Below are positions 19,357-30,100 of a stretch of DNA of 64,000 bases, in pieces. The notes below the pieces were generated by a model that did no database searches, was not told where the DNA came from, and saw only the letters and a list, made by a program, of their open reading frames with translations. The DNA is taken from the IMG/VR virus record IMGVR_UViG_3300013121_000005, positions 160,001 to 224,000 of that record, one strand, 5' to 3'. The first letter of the stretch is position 1, and each line of letters begins with the position of its first letter. Made by a program: the position numbers and the translations under genes. Source of the stretch: a virus. Lineage: Duplodnaviria; Caudoviricetes.

Positions 19357-22300
19357 ATGGCTGGTACGTACACTCCCACCGGCAACACCTACTCGAACTT
19401 GACCCGATTGGAGCTAGAGCAGCTCCGTAAATCGGACTTCACGGCGGGAGGTAAGGGTCTAACCATTGGTGATGCTGATGGCACCGTAGGTGCCGGATCA
19501 ATCAATGCAGAGCCTTACTTCACTGGGCCTCTGCTTACTCTCAATGATGTCTACTCAGTAACCCTACCTGGTTTCCCAGCTAAGGGTTTGCTGGGAGGGG
19601 GCACCACTCCTATTGGGGTTACATCGCGAACCGTCAAGTGGTATGGCCCAACCTACATTGCAACTGGTACGACAGGGTTTGCTTCGGCACCTGCGGTTTG
19701 GACGGACGCCTCTGCAAATTTCGCGGGGAGTGGTGTTCTTGCTGGGGACATCCTCCTGATTAAGGAAACCCTTGGGGGTGATAGCAACAGTTTTGCTGTT
19801 GCTACCATCAATGCAGTTGCTCCGACGACACTTGGTTTGACTGGGATTAATAACCCTACCTGGGTCCCGACAACACAGCTTGATCCTACGATTGGTACAA
19901 ATTTCCAGTACCTTATCGTTCGTCCAAACGTCACCCAGCTCTTCGCTGTTCCTGGGTCAGGTCCTCTCGGTCGAGAGCAGTCGTTTTTGATGGTTACCCC
20001 ATCTTCGACGCTTCATGCAAACCCTGCCCCTACACTGAACCAGATCAACGCAGACCGCATTCGTAATCTGGCTTCTCCAGTTTTCAACAACGATTCTTCA
20101 GTAGACCGTGCGGATGCAGTCTTTGCTGCCCCTGCTCCTCGTACCCCTCTTAATACTGTTGGGTATCGTGTTGTGCTCTACAAGAGCAACAACACGGGTA
20201 CTGGACCAGATTTGTCTCAACCGATTGCTTCGTCTGCCCCTGTAATCGACAACCTGATTCCGGCTGATGACCAGCGTGTGACAATTGACTACAAGGCAGG
20301 CATTGTCCGTCTTTCTTGTGCCCCCCGAGCGGGAGACGACATCAAGCCTGTTGGAGGTAACCAGGGAGTTAACCCCGTTACGGGTCGTCTTCAACTCTAC
20401 GCAGTATTCTGGGGGGTAGACCAGACTTACACGGGAAAGTCGGCGGCTCATCTCTACAATGTTCGTAGTACAGATGCGGTAGCTAAAGACCCTGGAGTTG
20501 TTGTCTTTGACAACACGCATAATGGGTACTTTGTGGGATCGACGATCTCCCCGAACAACCTGTTCTTGAGGTCTCAGAGTGTAGTCGATGACCCCAATGA
20601 CCCCAATGTGAAGGCTGACCTAGGGGTGATCCTAGCAGCAGGAACGGAGAAATTCCGAGGGTTCCGGTTTCGTCAAACCTACTCGAACATCCCAAGAATG
20701 GTTGTTCGTGAGCGTTTGGACCTGGTAGCTGACTCGTTCCGAGATGCGGCGGAAGTCGCAGTGGGGGACAAGTCTGCTTTCTCCGTTGGAGGAGGTACTG
20801 CTCCAGCTCAACTTCAGGGCGCGGACTATGCCCCACTCAACGCGACTAGCAAGGGTTTTCGTGCAGGGGACTATGCCCTCACGATGGCCCTTAAAGCAGC
20901 CGCTACAGAGGGTTACGGCACTGTTCACCTTCGTAAGGGCAAGCACCTAGTCTATCGCCCCCTCTATGTCCCCCCTGGGGTTACGGTAAAGGGAGAAGGC
21001 ACCTCTACCCAGGTAGCCTCTCACTTCTCCCAAGCTTTGGGGGCATGGTCCCCAGTTTTCCGATTCGCGCCCAACACATCGTGGGGCGTCTATGACATGG
21101 ACTGGAACGAGTATGACTCGTCCTGGAACCCTCAGACGATTTTCAATTGGGCTGGGCTTACTCGTCTAGAGGGCATGGATGTTGTCTGGAACCCAACTCG
21201 ACGGGTTTGGGGTATTGTGCATGCCGACTTGTTGAACAACGAAATTTGGTTCAACGAGATCAAACCTGATGGGTCGCGTCTTATTGCGGGTTCTGGGTTT
21301 GCGGTAAAGAACAATGTCACCCCACTGTTCTCGAATACCTCCCCAAATTCCGCAGACCACACTCCAGCCCACTACCCTCGAATTGATTACCAGCAATTCC
21401 ACGACGAATACGTGGTCACTTGGGTTCAGGAAGGTGGTGCGGGGCCAGCGGGCAACGCGAAGATCCAAATTGTTACGGCTACAGCAAATGCTGGGGTTGT
21501 AACCTATGCTCGAAAGTTTTCCCCTGCAATCGATGTGACGAGTGCTCTAGGGGTCACCTACACGGATCATCCTTCTGTTGCAGTAGATAACTCGCAAACG
21601 AACTCTGGGGCGTACTACAAGATTGGGTTCTCTTGTTCAGCGGGGGCTTCCACAACCGCTGCCAATCTGAGTTGGGCTCGTTGGGTTTTGCGATCTGACA
21701 CGGGGGCGTCGATTCTTGCAGCTTCTACAGCGATCTCTGCCTACGGAGTAGTCTCGTCGACAGACGTCTCTTCTTCGGGGGAGTCTGGGATCTTCTTGTT
21801 TGCGTGCTCGCAACGGCACCACAAGTTGATTCACGGCACAGATGGGACGATGGCTGCTGGCCAGCTCACGGATGGCGTCATTTTGGACTTTGCGGCTCTA
21901 GGGGTGGAAGCCGGATCGAAGTTCCTGTACATGGCCGGGGGTATTGCTGGGGATCGGGGTCGAGATGGAATCGTTAGGTCCCTTCCGGCTGTAGGGACTC
22001 TATCTCTCCATGTGAATGACCGTGACCAAGGAGGAGGTTCCTGGGCAAACACTGCGGGTATTACCTCGTACTACATCGCACCCTTGTCTGCCTTGTATGT
22101 GGCTAGGTACGATAATACGGCCCACTCGACCCCGACCCTTTTGGCGGGATCGGTTGATACTACAGTAGACCAGTACAAGGTTGCCCAGAGAGAGCCAGAC
22201 TTCGTTCGGCTTTCACGTGGGGATGGCAAGTGGATTGTAATCTATCAGTCGTTTGATACGACTGGATTTCTTGCGACTACAACTGTCCCGAACTGGGATG

Positions 22301-25300
22301 GAGCGATCAATTCCAACTTCCAAGACTACAATACAGCTACCTACAGCAAGCTTGGAGACCAGACCCCTCAGCGCTTGCACCTAGCAACCTGTTTTACGTT
22401 GGTTGGGGAGTACGGGCAGCCTCTTGGGGGGACTCTAGATAGCTTGGCGGTCGCGGGGAGCGACGACTTCTACTCACGGGCTGGGTGGCACGCAGGGACG
22501 GTTCAGACTTCTTTGGGGGGTCGTATTGTCCCAACCCCAAATAACAACGCAATCACTCAGTTTAATCCGCGTGGCGGATACTGGGAGATGGAAATCGCAG
22601 CTCGAAACTACTGCATCCCTTGGACGGAGACCTCTTCCCCTTCGCTCATCCCAGATGTTACCTGGTCAGGCAAGGATTGGACGATTGTTAGCCCTTCGGT
22701 TAATCGGATCAAGTCCAACACTGGAACCTATAAGTTGGCTGCGGGGCCAGTCCATTGTTTGGTTGACCCAACGATGGTATTTGGTACGGGGGCCAAGAAC
22801 TCCATCACGGACGATGGGTCGTACCACCCGCCTACAATCGTAGCCCCTGGAGATTACCTCCACTTCCCTACACTTGCAGTGTACGTTCAGGTCACTGGGG
22901 TCAGTTCCGAACATGTGCTCATCCTTGCAAATGCTCCTGCGGGGGCTGTGGATGGGACCACCTATCAGTGGAGCCTAGTGCGAGCGGACTCCACAACAGG
23001 AGCAACTCAGGCAGGTATTAAGAACCCTGGGTTCCGGGTTAGCTCTCGTGGGGATGTTCTAGTATCTACGAACTTCTTCACGTTCGCGGATGAGTTGGCG
23101 GATAGCACGTCGATCTCAACACAGACCCTCCGGAGGCAGGAGACCCTTTACCGAAGGGGTTTGTTTGGGGACTACAACGTTCCTACTCTTTACAGTTTTG
23201 GGACGGAGTACGAATTCGGACCTCCCCTTCCGGTGAACACTTGGCAGGACGTTTTCCCAACCTCTCGATTGGAGTTGAATCTCTTCTATCGTGGGGTTGC
23301 AGTGGGTCGTCCTAAGGGGTTCAGTGAGTTACTTTCTCAAGAAACCCCTATGTGTGCTATCGCATGGGGTGAGAACCTTTACGGGTTTGCAGACCGCGTA
23401 GTGGCTGGAAGTACAGGCGCTCCTGGGAACTTCATCAACCAGACCATGTTCTACCGTCAGAGTTTTGGCCCTTGGGATGCAGGGGTGAAGGACCTGGCCA
23501 TTCAAGGTCCAAAGGCAGGCCCAGGTAAGCTCCAGGTACTGTCCCATCAGCACGTGTACACAAAGCACGGGCTTGGAAGGTCGGGCGGGGCTTGTTTTGG
23601 TACAGATGGTTATCGGAATGTCTTTGCCTATCTTGGGTGGGACCGATTTGCCACTCAGTTCCACCCACTCCATGCGGACTCCTACCTCTTGGGGGTGAAC
23701 TCGGTCTACACGAGTGCAGACTCTCGTGAGTCTTTGGTGATTCGAGAAGGGCGTGCCATTGGTCAAATCTCTTCGGATTTGAATCCAGCCGGGTCAGGTA
23801 ACCGAAACTTCCATCGGCCTTGCCTATTGGAAAACCTCAATGGATCTGGAGCTAAGGTTCTATGGGATGGCCAGAACTTTGTGGCCTTCATGGGAACCAT
23901 GTCTATTGTGGGGACCGTTGCGGGAGGGTCGGGGACTCGTTCGTTCCTAACCCCTGGGTTTAATCCTCGACTCCGTGGTATCGTTACCATGTACCGTCTC
24001 ACGGGGGGTGAGCATACCCAGCACGTCCCAGAGCAATTCGCAGGTCAGCATGTAACTGACCCAAACAGCGCAGGCCCTGCATTTCGAGCAGGAGGGGCTC
24101 AAGCGGTAGCTTCCACAGTGTTCTCTTGTGGAGCTGCTGGTGATGCAGACCTTCGAGAGGCTCTCAAATTCGATGTGGCCTTCTCTGGGAAGAATTTCTG
24201 CGTTGTGTGGTCGATTGGCTACAATGCTTCTGACGATTCTGCCGTAGACGTTGTAACGGGAGGGTGTATGCTGGGGTACAGCATTTTCCCTTCAGCCGCA
24301 AATACGCCACCTTCAAACCTTGAGGGTGGGTTCTATGGGTATGGTGTACAATCCTATACCGTTGATGTCTTGACTTCGGTGGAGAGCTACGACTCCAAGT
24401 TTGCTCTGATTCATCCCCAAGTAATTTGGGATGGTCAGAGGTTTGTGATCGTGTTCAATCACTACGAAGACGACACCCTTTTGACGATTCGGTCGACCGT
24501 AAAGGCTTTGACGGTTCCAGAAGATGGTCCGTCGAATAACCTGGCCATCAAGTCTATTGGAGCCGACAACGTTTACACGGATAGCGGCGGGGTACTCGAA
24601 AAGAAGCTTGGGTTCGTGATCAACGGGGAGATCGACCTGTCTCAAACAGGTTCGATTGTGTATGGGTACAAGCCTCAACCCGGGGATATCTTGTGCATCA
24701 ACCGAACCAGTGACCTTACAACTCCTGCTAGTGCTGTGGACATTGCAGGGTGGTATACCATCGTTGACTACAATCCAAAAACTCGTCGAGTTGCGGTTGG
24801 TCGAGACTTGACGGCTTTTGCCGGTAACACAGTTTACGGTGTGATCTTTGGAGGGGGTGCTGCGTCAGGGACAGCTTTTGGGGCTCCCTTCATGACGAAT
24901 GCTGGGACAAGCTATACCTCTGGTGTAGATGCCCCCTCGATTGGGCCTTCAAGCTTTGCTGGTGCTCTAACACGGCAAGGAGACATGCTCTTCTCAGCGG
25001 AGGGCCCTAACGACCTTCAAGCTATCTGGGGACTCGTTTACGACCCTCAAGAGAACGTCTACGTAGTCATGTACCAGGACACGAAAAATCATGTGTACCT
25101 GGCAAAGTTTGGGCTCGCTAGCGAAATGAAGCTGAGCGAGCCGGTTAGACTTTTCATCTATCCCCCGTTGGTTGCTACTTTGGCTTTCAATGGCAACTCC
25201 TACTTTGTGGCGGGGGGATCTAAGGATCGGTTGGAGGTTTACGAATTCTCCAGAAATTTCAAGCCCTTGTATGACACTGCGGCAGTTGTGTCTCTCACTT

Positions 25301-26397
25301 CGTCAGGTATCCTGGGTAACGGCATTGGTCAGATGCCTGGTCCAGGTTATGGGGCTAATGGGGCTGGGCATACTGGAGCCTATGGGGAGGTTACAAACCT
25401 CAAGGCTCACTGGAACGCTCGCCTTGGACGTTGGGCTCTTGCCGTAAGCTGGATTACGGATACCACGACTTACGAGTACCCCTACGATAACCTGCCAGTT
25501 GTGCAGAAACGCCTTTCTGCTTCGGCTATTGCAGGGTATGCGGATCGTACAATCACCAATGCTCCTGCTGCCTACCACGGGCAACGTGAGATTTGGCTTT
25601 ACGAGGGGGTTGTTGCAGATGCCATTGCTGGGGCGCAGACTTACACGGTCCCTGACAATTGGACTCTGGAGGACCTAGGTAAGGACTACACGGCTCTTGG
25701 GGTTTCCGCTTCTACTGATTGGCTACAAACCGTAGACACTACAGACCCCTTGTTGATCAAGCGAAGAAGAGTGCAGGTAGTGTCCCCCGGGGGCAATACG
25801 GCTCGTCTAAAGTACGATTACCCTATCTGGCGGACCCCTCAAGCATTCTATATTACAGCAGGTTCTGCCTACAAGGTTATTCGACCTGAAATCTATGCCA
25901 TCTTCAACACGAAGGACCATCTGACAGGTCCTTCTACTCGAACGGTTTTCGAGCCAGATGGGCATGTGACCCGTAACCTTGATCTTGTAGCTAACAAGGT
26001 AGATGTCTATATCTACCCCCTGTATCGTGAGGATGTCTTCCTGTTGACCTTCTCTTCTGGGGCTTCTGCGGTCCATGTGAAGGACGCGGATGGAGTCACT
26101 CTTGAAGACGTGACTATTTCGGGTACAGTTGAGGTGTCTGAGGAGTACTTGAATATGACCCGTATGGTCCACAAAACCGGAGGGGTCGAGGTTGGAGAAG
26201 TTACGGGTAACCAGACTATTGGTAACCTGGTCAAGCGAATTCCACGTCCTAAGGTTGGGGTGCAGCTTTCAACCCCAGCGGGGAAGGTAGACACAATCAC
26301 CTTCTCAAACGTCAAATCTTCGGCTTTGGTGCCTTACGGGTACACCTCGACTGGGGCAAATAGACTACTACGAGACAGTGCGAACCGGAGGAAGTGA
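19357..26397 (+). CDS. Giant (2346 aa) tail spike/adhesin with beta-helix entry motif and propeller-like repeats
   Basis: ALKAAATEGYGTVHLRKGKHLVYRPLYVPPGVTVKGEG is the typical start of pectin-lyase-fold tailspikes. Repeated xxWxGxxFxVxW strands follow. Confidence 0.6.
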   Translation: MAGTYTPTGNTYSNLTRLELEQLRKSDFTAGGKGLTIGDADGTVGAGSINAEPYFTGPLLTLNDVYSVTLPGFPAKGLLGGGTTPIGVTSRTVKWYGPTYIATGTTGFASAPAVWTDASANFAGSGVLAGDILLIKETLGGDSNSFAVATINAVAPTTLGLTGINNPTWVPTTQLDPTIGTNFQYLIVRPNVTQLFAVPGSGPLGREQSFLMVTPSSTLHANPAPTLNQINADRIRNLASPVFNNDSSVDRADAVFAAPAPRTPLNTVGYRVVLYKSNNTGTGPDLSQPIASSAPVIDNLIPADDQRVTIDYKAGIVRLSCAPRAGDDIKPVGGNQGVNPVTGRLQLYAVFWGVDQTYTGKSAAHLYNVRSTDAVAKDPGVVVFDNTHNGYFVGSTISPNNLFLRSQSVVDDPNDPNVKADLGVILAAGTEKFRGFRFRQTYSNIPRMVVRERLDLVADSFRDAAEVAVGDKSAFSVGGGTAPAQLQGADYAPLNATSKGFRAGDYALTMALKAAATEGYGTVHLRKGKHLVYRPLYVPPGVTVKGEGTSTQVASHFSQALGAWSPVFRFAPNTSWGVYDMDWNEYDSSWNPQTIFNWAGLTRLEGMDVVWNPTRRVWGIVHADLLNNEIWFNEIKPDGSRLIAGSGFAVKNNVTPLFSNTSPNSADHTPAHYPRIDYQQFHDEYVVTWVQEGGAGPAGNAKIQIVTATANAGVVTYARKFSPAIDVTSALGVTYTDHPSVAVDNSQTNSGAYYKIGFSCSAGASTTAANLSWARWVLRSDTGASILAASTAISAYGVVSSTDVSSSGESGIFLFACSQRHHKLIHGTDGTMAAGQLTDGVILDFAALGVEAGSKFLYMAGGIAGDRGRDGIVRSLPAVGTLSLHVNDRDQGGGSWANTAGITSYYIAPLSALYVARYDNTAHSTPTLLAGSVDTTVDQYKVAQREPDFVRLSRGDGKWIVIYQSFDTTGFLATTTVPNWDGAINSNFQDYNTATYSKLGDQTPQRLHLATCFTLVGEYGQPLGGTLDSLAVAGSDDFYSRAGWHAGTVQTSLGGRIVPTPNNNAITQFNPRGGYWEMEIAARNYCIPWTETSSPSLIPDVTWSGKDWTIVSPSVNRIKSNTGTYKLAAGPVHCLVDPTMVFGTGAKNSITDDGSYHPPTIVAPGDYLHFPTLAVYVQVTGVSSEHVLILANAPAGAVDGTTYQWSLVRADSTTGATQAGIKNPGFRVSSRGDVLVSTNFFTFADELADSTSISTQTLRRQETLYRRGLFGDYNVPTLYSFGTEYEFGPPLPVNTWQDVFPTSRLELNLFYRGVAVGRPKGFSELLSQETPMCAIAWGENLYGFADRVVAGSTGAPGNFINQTMFYRQSFGPWDAGVKDLAIQGPKAGPGKLQVLSHQHVYTKHGLGRSGGACFGTDGYRNVFAYLGWDRFATQFHPLHADSYLLGVNSVYTSADSRESLVIREGRAIGQISSDLNPAGSGNRNFHRPCLLENLNGSGAKVLWDGQNFVAFMGTMSIVGTVAGGSGTRSFLTPGFNPRLRGIVTMYRLTGGEHTQHVPEQFAGQHVTDPNSAGPAFRAGGAQAVASTVFSCGAAGDADLREALKFDVAFSGKNFCVVWSIGYNASDDSAVDVVTGGCMLGYSIFPSAANTPPSNLEGGFYGYGVQSYTVDVLTSVESYDSKFALIHPQVIWDGQRFVIVFNHYEDDTLLTIRSTVKALTVPEDGPSNNLAIKSIGADNVYTDSGGVLEKKLGFVINGEIDLSQTGSIVYGYKPQPGDILCINRTSDLTTPASAVDIAGWYTIVDYNPKTRRVAVGRDLTAFAGNTVYGVIFGGGAASGTAFGAPFMTNAGTSYTSGVDAPSIGPSSFAGALTRQGDMLFSAEGPNDLQAIWGLVYDPQENVYVVMYQDTKNHVYLAKFGLASEMKLSEPVRLFIYPPLVATLAFNGNSYFVAGGSKDRLEVYEFSRNFKPLYDTAAVVSLTSSGILGNGIGQMPGPGYGANGAGHTGAYGEVTNLKAHWNARLGRWALAVSWITDTTTYEYPYDNLPVVQKRLSASAIAGYADRTITNAPAAYHGQREIWLYEGVVADAIAGAQTYTVPDNWTLEDLGKDYTALGVSASTDWLQTVDTTDPLLIKRRRVQVVSPGGNTARLKYDYPIWRTPQAFYITAGSAYKVIRPEIYAIFNTKDHLTGPSTRTVFEPDGHVTRNLDLVANKVDVYIYPLYREDVFLLTFSSGASAVHVKDADGVTLEDVTISGTVEVSEEYLNMTRMVHKTGGVEVGEVTGNQTIGNLVKRIPRPKVGVQLSTPAGKVDTITFSNVKSSALVPYGYTSTGANRLLRDSANRRK

Positions 26398-26406
26398 GAA
26401 GAGCCC

Positions 26407-27063
26407 ATGTCGACCCACTACCTTGTCAGCCTGTTCGACAATCAAATCAATGGGGTTATCGTGCCTTCAGCAGCACCCCCCATGTCTACCACTACGGGTA
26501 ACTATGTCGTTCGAGTGCCCGATGATGTACCAGTCAAGAACCCAACCAATCTAGCAGACTTGCTGACTAAGAAATACGCTGGTATTCTTGGGACGCACGG
26601 GCTTTTCACTCAGATCGCCTATGATGATATGCTAGATTCCCTTGGGACTAACTTTGTACTTAGTCGTGGGATTACGGCAGGGGACAAAGGGGTCATTGGG
26701 ATTTACCCTACCAATGCAGGCTGGATCCCTCTGTACCAAAGTACCCCTTTGGGGGTTGTTTGGGGAGGGGCTCCTCCTGGCCCTCCTCAAGCTCTTGTTA
26801 CTTATGAGCTTTTTGAGTATGTAGACACGGATGACAAGAATCTCACTTACGTTCGCAAGTACCGGGAGGTTCCTGTTGACGTGGATGTTCTTGTTGAGGT
26901 AAGTTTCAATGGTGGGGCTACATTTGTCCCTACCACGGATAAGGCTCTCGTGTCGATTCCACTCGCCGCAAGAGGCGTTTCAATTGTGCTTCGGTTTACG
27001 CGGACAACCTCGATCGCCTCTAGGGGTCGGGTGCTAATTGGGTCTTGGGCGGTCCTTTTCTAA
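26407..27063 (+). CDS. Virion structural protein
   Basis: VEVSFNGGATF (BNR-like hairpin). Lies between two fibre genes. Confidence 0.5.
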   Translation: MSTHYLVSLFDNQINGVIVPSAAPPMSTTTGNYVVRVPDDVPVKNPTNLADLLTKKYAGILGTHGLFTQIAYDDMLDSLGTNFVLSRGITAGDKGVIGIYPTNAGWIPLYQSTPLGVVWGGAPPGPPQALVTYELFEYVDTDDKNLTYVRKYREVPVDVDVLVEVSFNGGATFVPTTDKALVSIPLAARGVSIVLRFTRTTSIASRGRVLIGSWAVLF

Positions 27064-27077
27064 AAGGCACAGTGCCG

Positions 27078-27090
27078 GATTCTTTTGATA
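27078..27090 (+). promoter_or_regulatory. GATTCTTTTGATA motif (candidate late promoter)
   Basis: Identical to 59324-59336. Weaker versions at 3509, 13697, 19319, 44378 and 58079. Confidence 0.55.
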
Positions 27091-27106
27091 CGTAAAGGGT
27101 TCAGTG

Positions 27107-30100
27107 ATGGACAACTACGGCACTGGCGTTTCTCGTGTGCTTGACCCTAAGCAAACGGCGTTCATTGAAGTTATTTGGCAGCAAGGTAAGCCTCCCCTCG
27201 ATGCGGAGCTGAACTTGCTTCAGCAGCTCCAGACTGATTGGAGACAACAGCTTATCCTTCGAGGAACCCCCTCTGGATTTCTCGGGAACGAAACAAACCC
27301 GTCGAAGGACTTTGTAACCAATCTGAACTGGTCGAACTGGTTCCAGTTTGGTCGTCAACGGTCGGGTGAGAAGCAGTCCATTATGTGGGCTGTAGTCAAT
27401 GGTTGGCTCATTCCCGTGACAGGGACACGTACAGGGACACCTCCAGGGTCCCCCAACAATACGGATACCTGGAACAAGATTGCGCTTGATCCCCCTCCTT
27501 CCAACAGCGGTGACTTCCGCGCAGACTTTGTGTTCCTTGAGGTGTGGCAAGCCCGAGTACCCTCAAACCCTTCTGCACTCAACAAGCCTTCTACGTCTGC
27601 GGTTTACCGCTATGGGAACGTAGAAGGGGGCTATAGCTACCTCGCAGATGACCTCAAGGACCCTGCTATTGGGGTTGAGACTACCCAACGAGTACAGGTT
27701 CAGTACCGAATTCGAGTGGTAAAGGGCCTCATTGGTCTTGCTACATACCCAGATGGGTTCGATCCCTCTATCGTGAAAGCACGTGGTGCGGCTGCGGCAG
27801 ACACAGCATACACCTTCACGAATATGCGAACGGAACTAGGGGATCCTGGCCTTTGGCGTGCAGGGGATGGTACGGCTAACTCCCTTGGGACCGTTGACGG
27901 GTACTGCTATGCTGTTCCGATCTCGGTTGTATTCCGACGGAATTCTGTAGCCTGGTCGGGGGACCCTTCGCAGAATCTTAACGGAGCTTTCAATCGCAAT
28001 CCGACGGCTACCGATCGAACTGGAGTCAAGACGTTTTCGACTGTTCCGGCTCTAGCTTCTGCGTTGACCTCTGTAGCAACCTCGTTGTCTATCGTTTCTG
28101 CTTCTAACATCCCTCTTCCTACAAATCCTTCCACTCCGGTCCTCCTTCAGATCGGGGATGAGCTGCTGACGTACACAGCAATCACTGGGACGACTTTGAC
28201 GGGTCTTGTTCGAGGGGTGAATGGGTCGGCGGCCGAGGCTCACCCAGCGGGTAGGACAATCAAGGTCCTTTCTGGGCGCCCAGATGGTCTGTTCTCAGAC
28301 CAAATTGCTGCGACAGATGTGTTGGACCTACGGCACGTTGTGAGCCCCAATGGGTTTGACTACCACACGTTGTTGGAGTCTAACCTGGACAAGCTGCTCA
28401 GGGGTCAGCTCCGAGCTAACTGGAAGCGTTCGGGTGGTGGGCCCCAAGGTCCCTTCTTGTTCTATGAGGACAAAATTTCAGCAGCAGCAGCAGGTCTGGG
28501 GGTAACGAAGGTTGATGCCCCGGACAACATCCGGCTGATCTTTTCTGACTCCGCTGTCCAACAAAAAGTGGAAGTGCTCTGCACTCCATTCTCGGCACCT
28601 GTTGTAATCCCAGCTATTCAACCGGTGGGCACTGCCTGGTCTCTTGCAATTAATGCTCAGACCACTCGTCAACGCACTGGGAATCAGTGGGATACAGAGC
28701 TGGCAACGGGAGACGGTCTTGGGGACCGCATCAAGATTCCTGTTGCGCAGTTTAAGAGTACGGTGCCTGGGGCAGATGCTGACCAGATTCGTATCCTAAA
28801 CGAGGTTCCTGCTTTCGGAGCTGCGGGGTCAACCGCAGGAGGTACAACGTTCACCGACACTTCTGTGAACTTCGCTACGGCAGGGGTTCTACCTGGAGAC
28901 ACGTTGGTCATTTTCCAGGGCGCAAACATGGGGTCCTACCCTGTTGTTAGCGTTGCAACTCAGTCGGTTACGATCTCTGGGGCTCTTACCGCAGGGGCTG
29001 GGATCACTTACGAAGTTCGACGGGGTATTGGGTCCATTCAAGTTCGCATTGATGGCTTTGATGACCCTCTTCCTCAACACCGCTTCCGGGTTACCCCTCT
29101 CAACCCTACTTCAAGTGATGACCTCGTTATTGAGTTTACTGGGGCTGGGGTACCTTTCCCGACCCCTAAGACTCTCTACATCACTACTCACATCCAGTAT
29201 GGTGCAGGTCGAGGTCTTTCTCACCGTCCAGATTCTCTGCACAACATTTCTCTGGTGAACCCCAATGCGGATTTGCTTGTTCGTCAAAGCGGGGTGCCAG
29301 CTACAAACTTCCCCTTGAGTACAGGGTGGGCTCTACTTTGGAGCAAGTACCGCAACACTGTGTACAAGGGGATGCTACCTGTCACAGCCGCATCCTACGC
29401 AGACCTTGGGAACAAAACCGTTATCCTGACTCCCTTCCGTCGCGTATCCTACCCAGCTACCCCTATTGGCGTTCGTACCCAGGATGGGTCTAGTACCAAC
29501 CGTTATTCTGCTGCGGTCAGTACCGGTACAGGTACGGGTTCCTCGAACGGCACCACCACGTTTACCGATGGGGGTGCAACGTTTGCTGCGAATGGGGTGG
29601 TTGCTGGGGATGTCCTCGAAATCAATTCTGGGCTTGCTGTAGGTAGGTACCGAGTTGTTTCTGCGGCAGTTACAACCCTCGTGGTGGACAGGGCAATCCC
29701 TACGGCAGCCGGGATTACCTACAGTGTCCACCACACGCAGGGCCTCATGCCCCTCAACAAGCGTAACGGGGTAACTGCTAAGTGGGCAACGACAGACCCA
29801 TTGGGGCTCTTTTCTGGGTCTACCGACCCAGATGTGAACCGCAAAAACTTCTTCGTGAGCTTGCCTCGACACTTGGTCCCTGGATGGGGTGAGGTCCATG
29901 CTCCCGTTTTGGCTAGCAATGGGGCTATATTTCATCGCGGCGTGAACTTTATGCTTCAAGCCCGGGAGGGGTTGAACACAAACGTTACAGACGCCGACCA
30001 TTGCCGACAGTACATCAACTACACGTCGAACGTTCCACTTTCGTACGCTTCGATGTCGACAGGGAACTTCTCTGGTCTCACCATTGTACCCGCAACCTAC

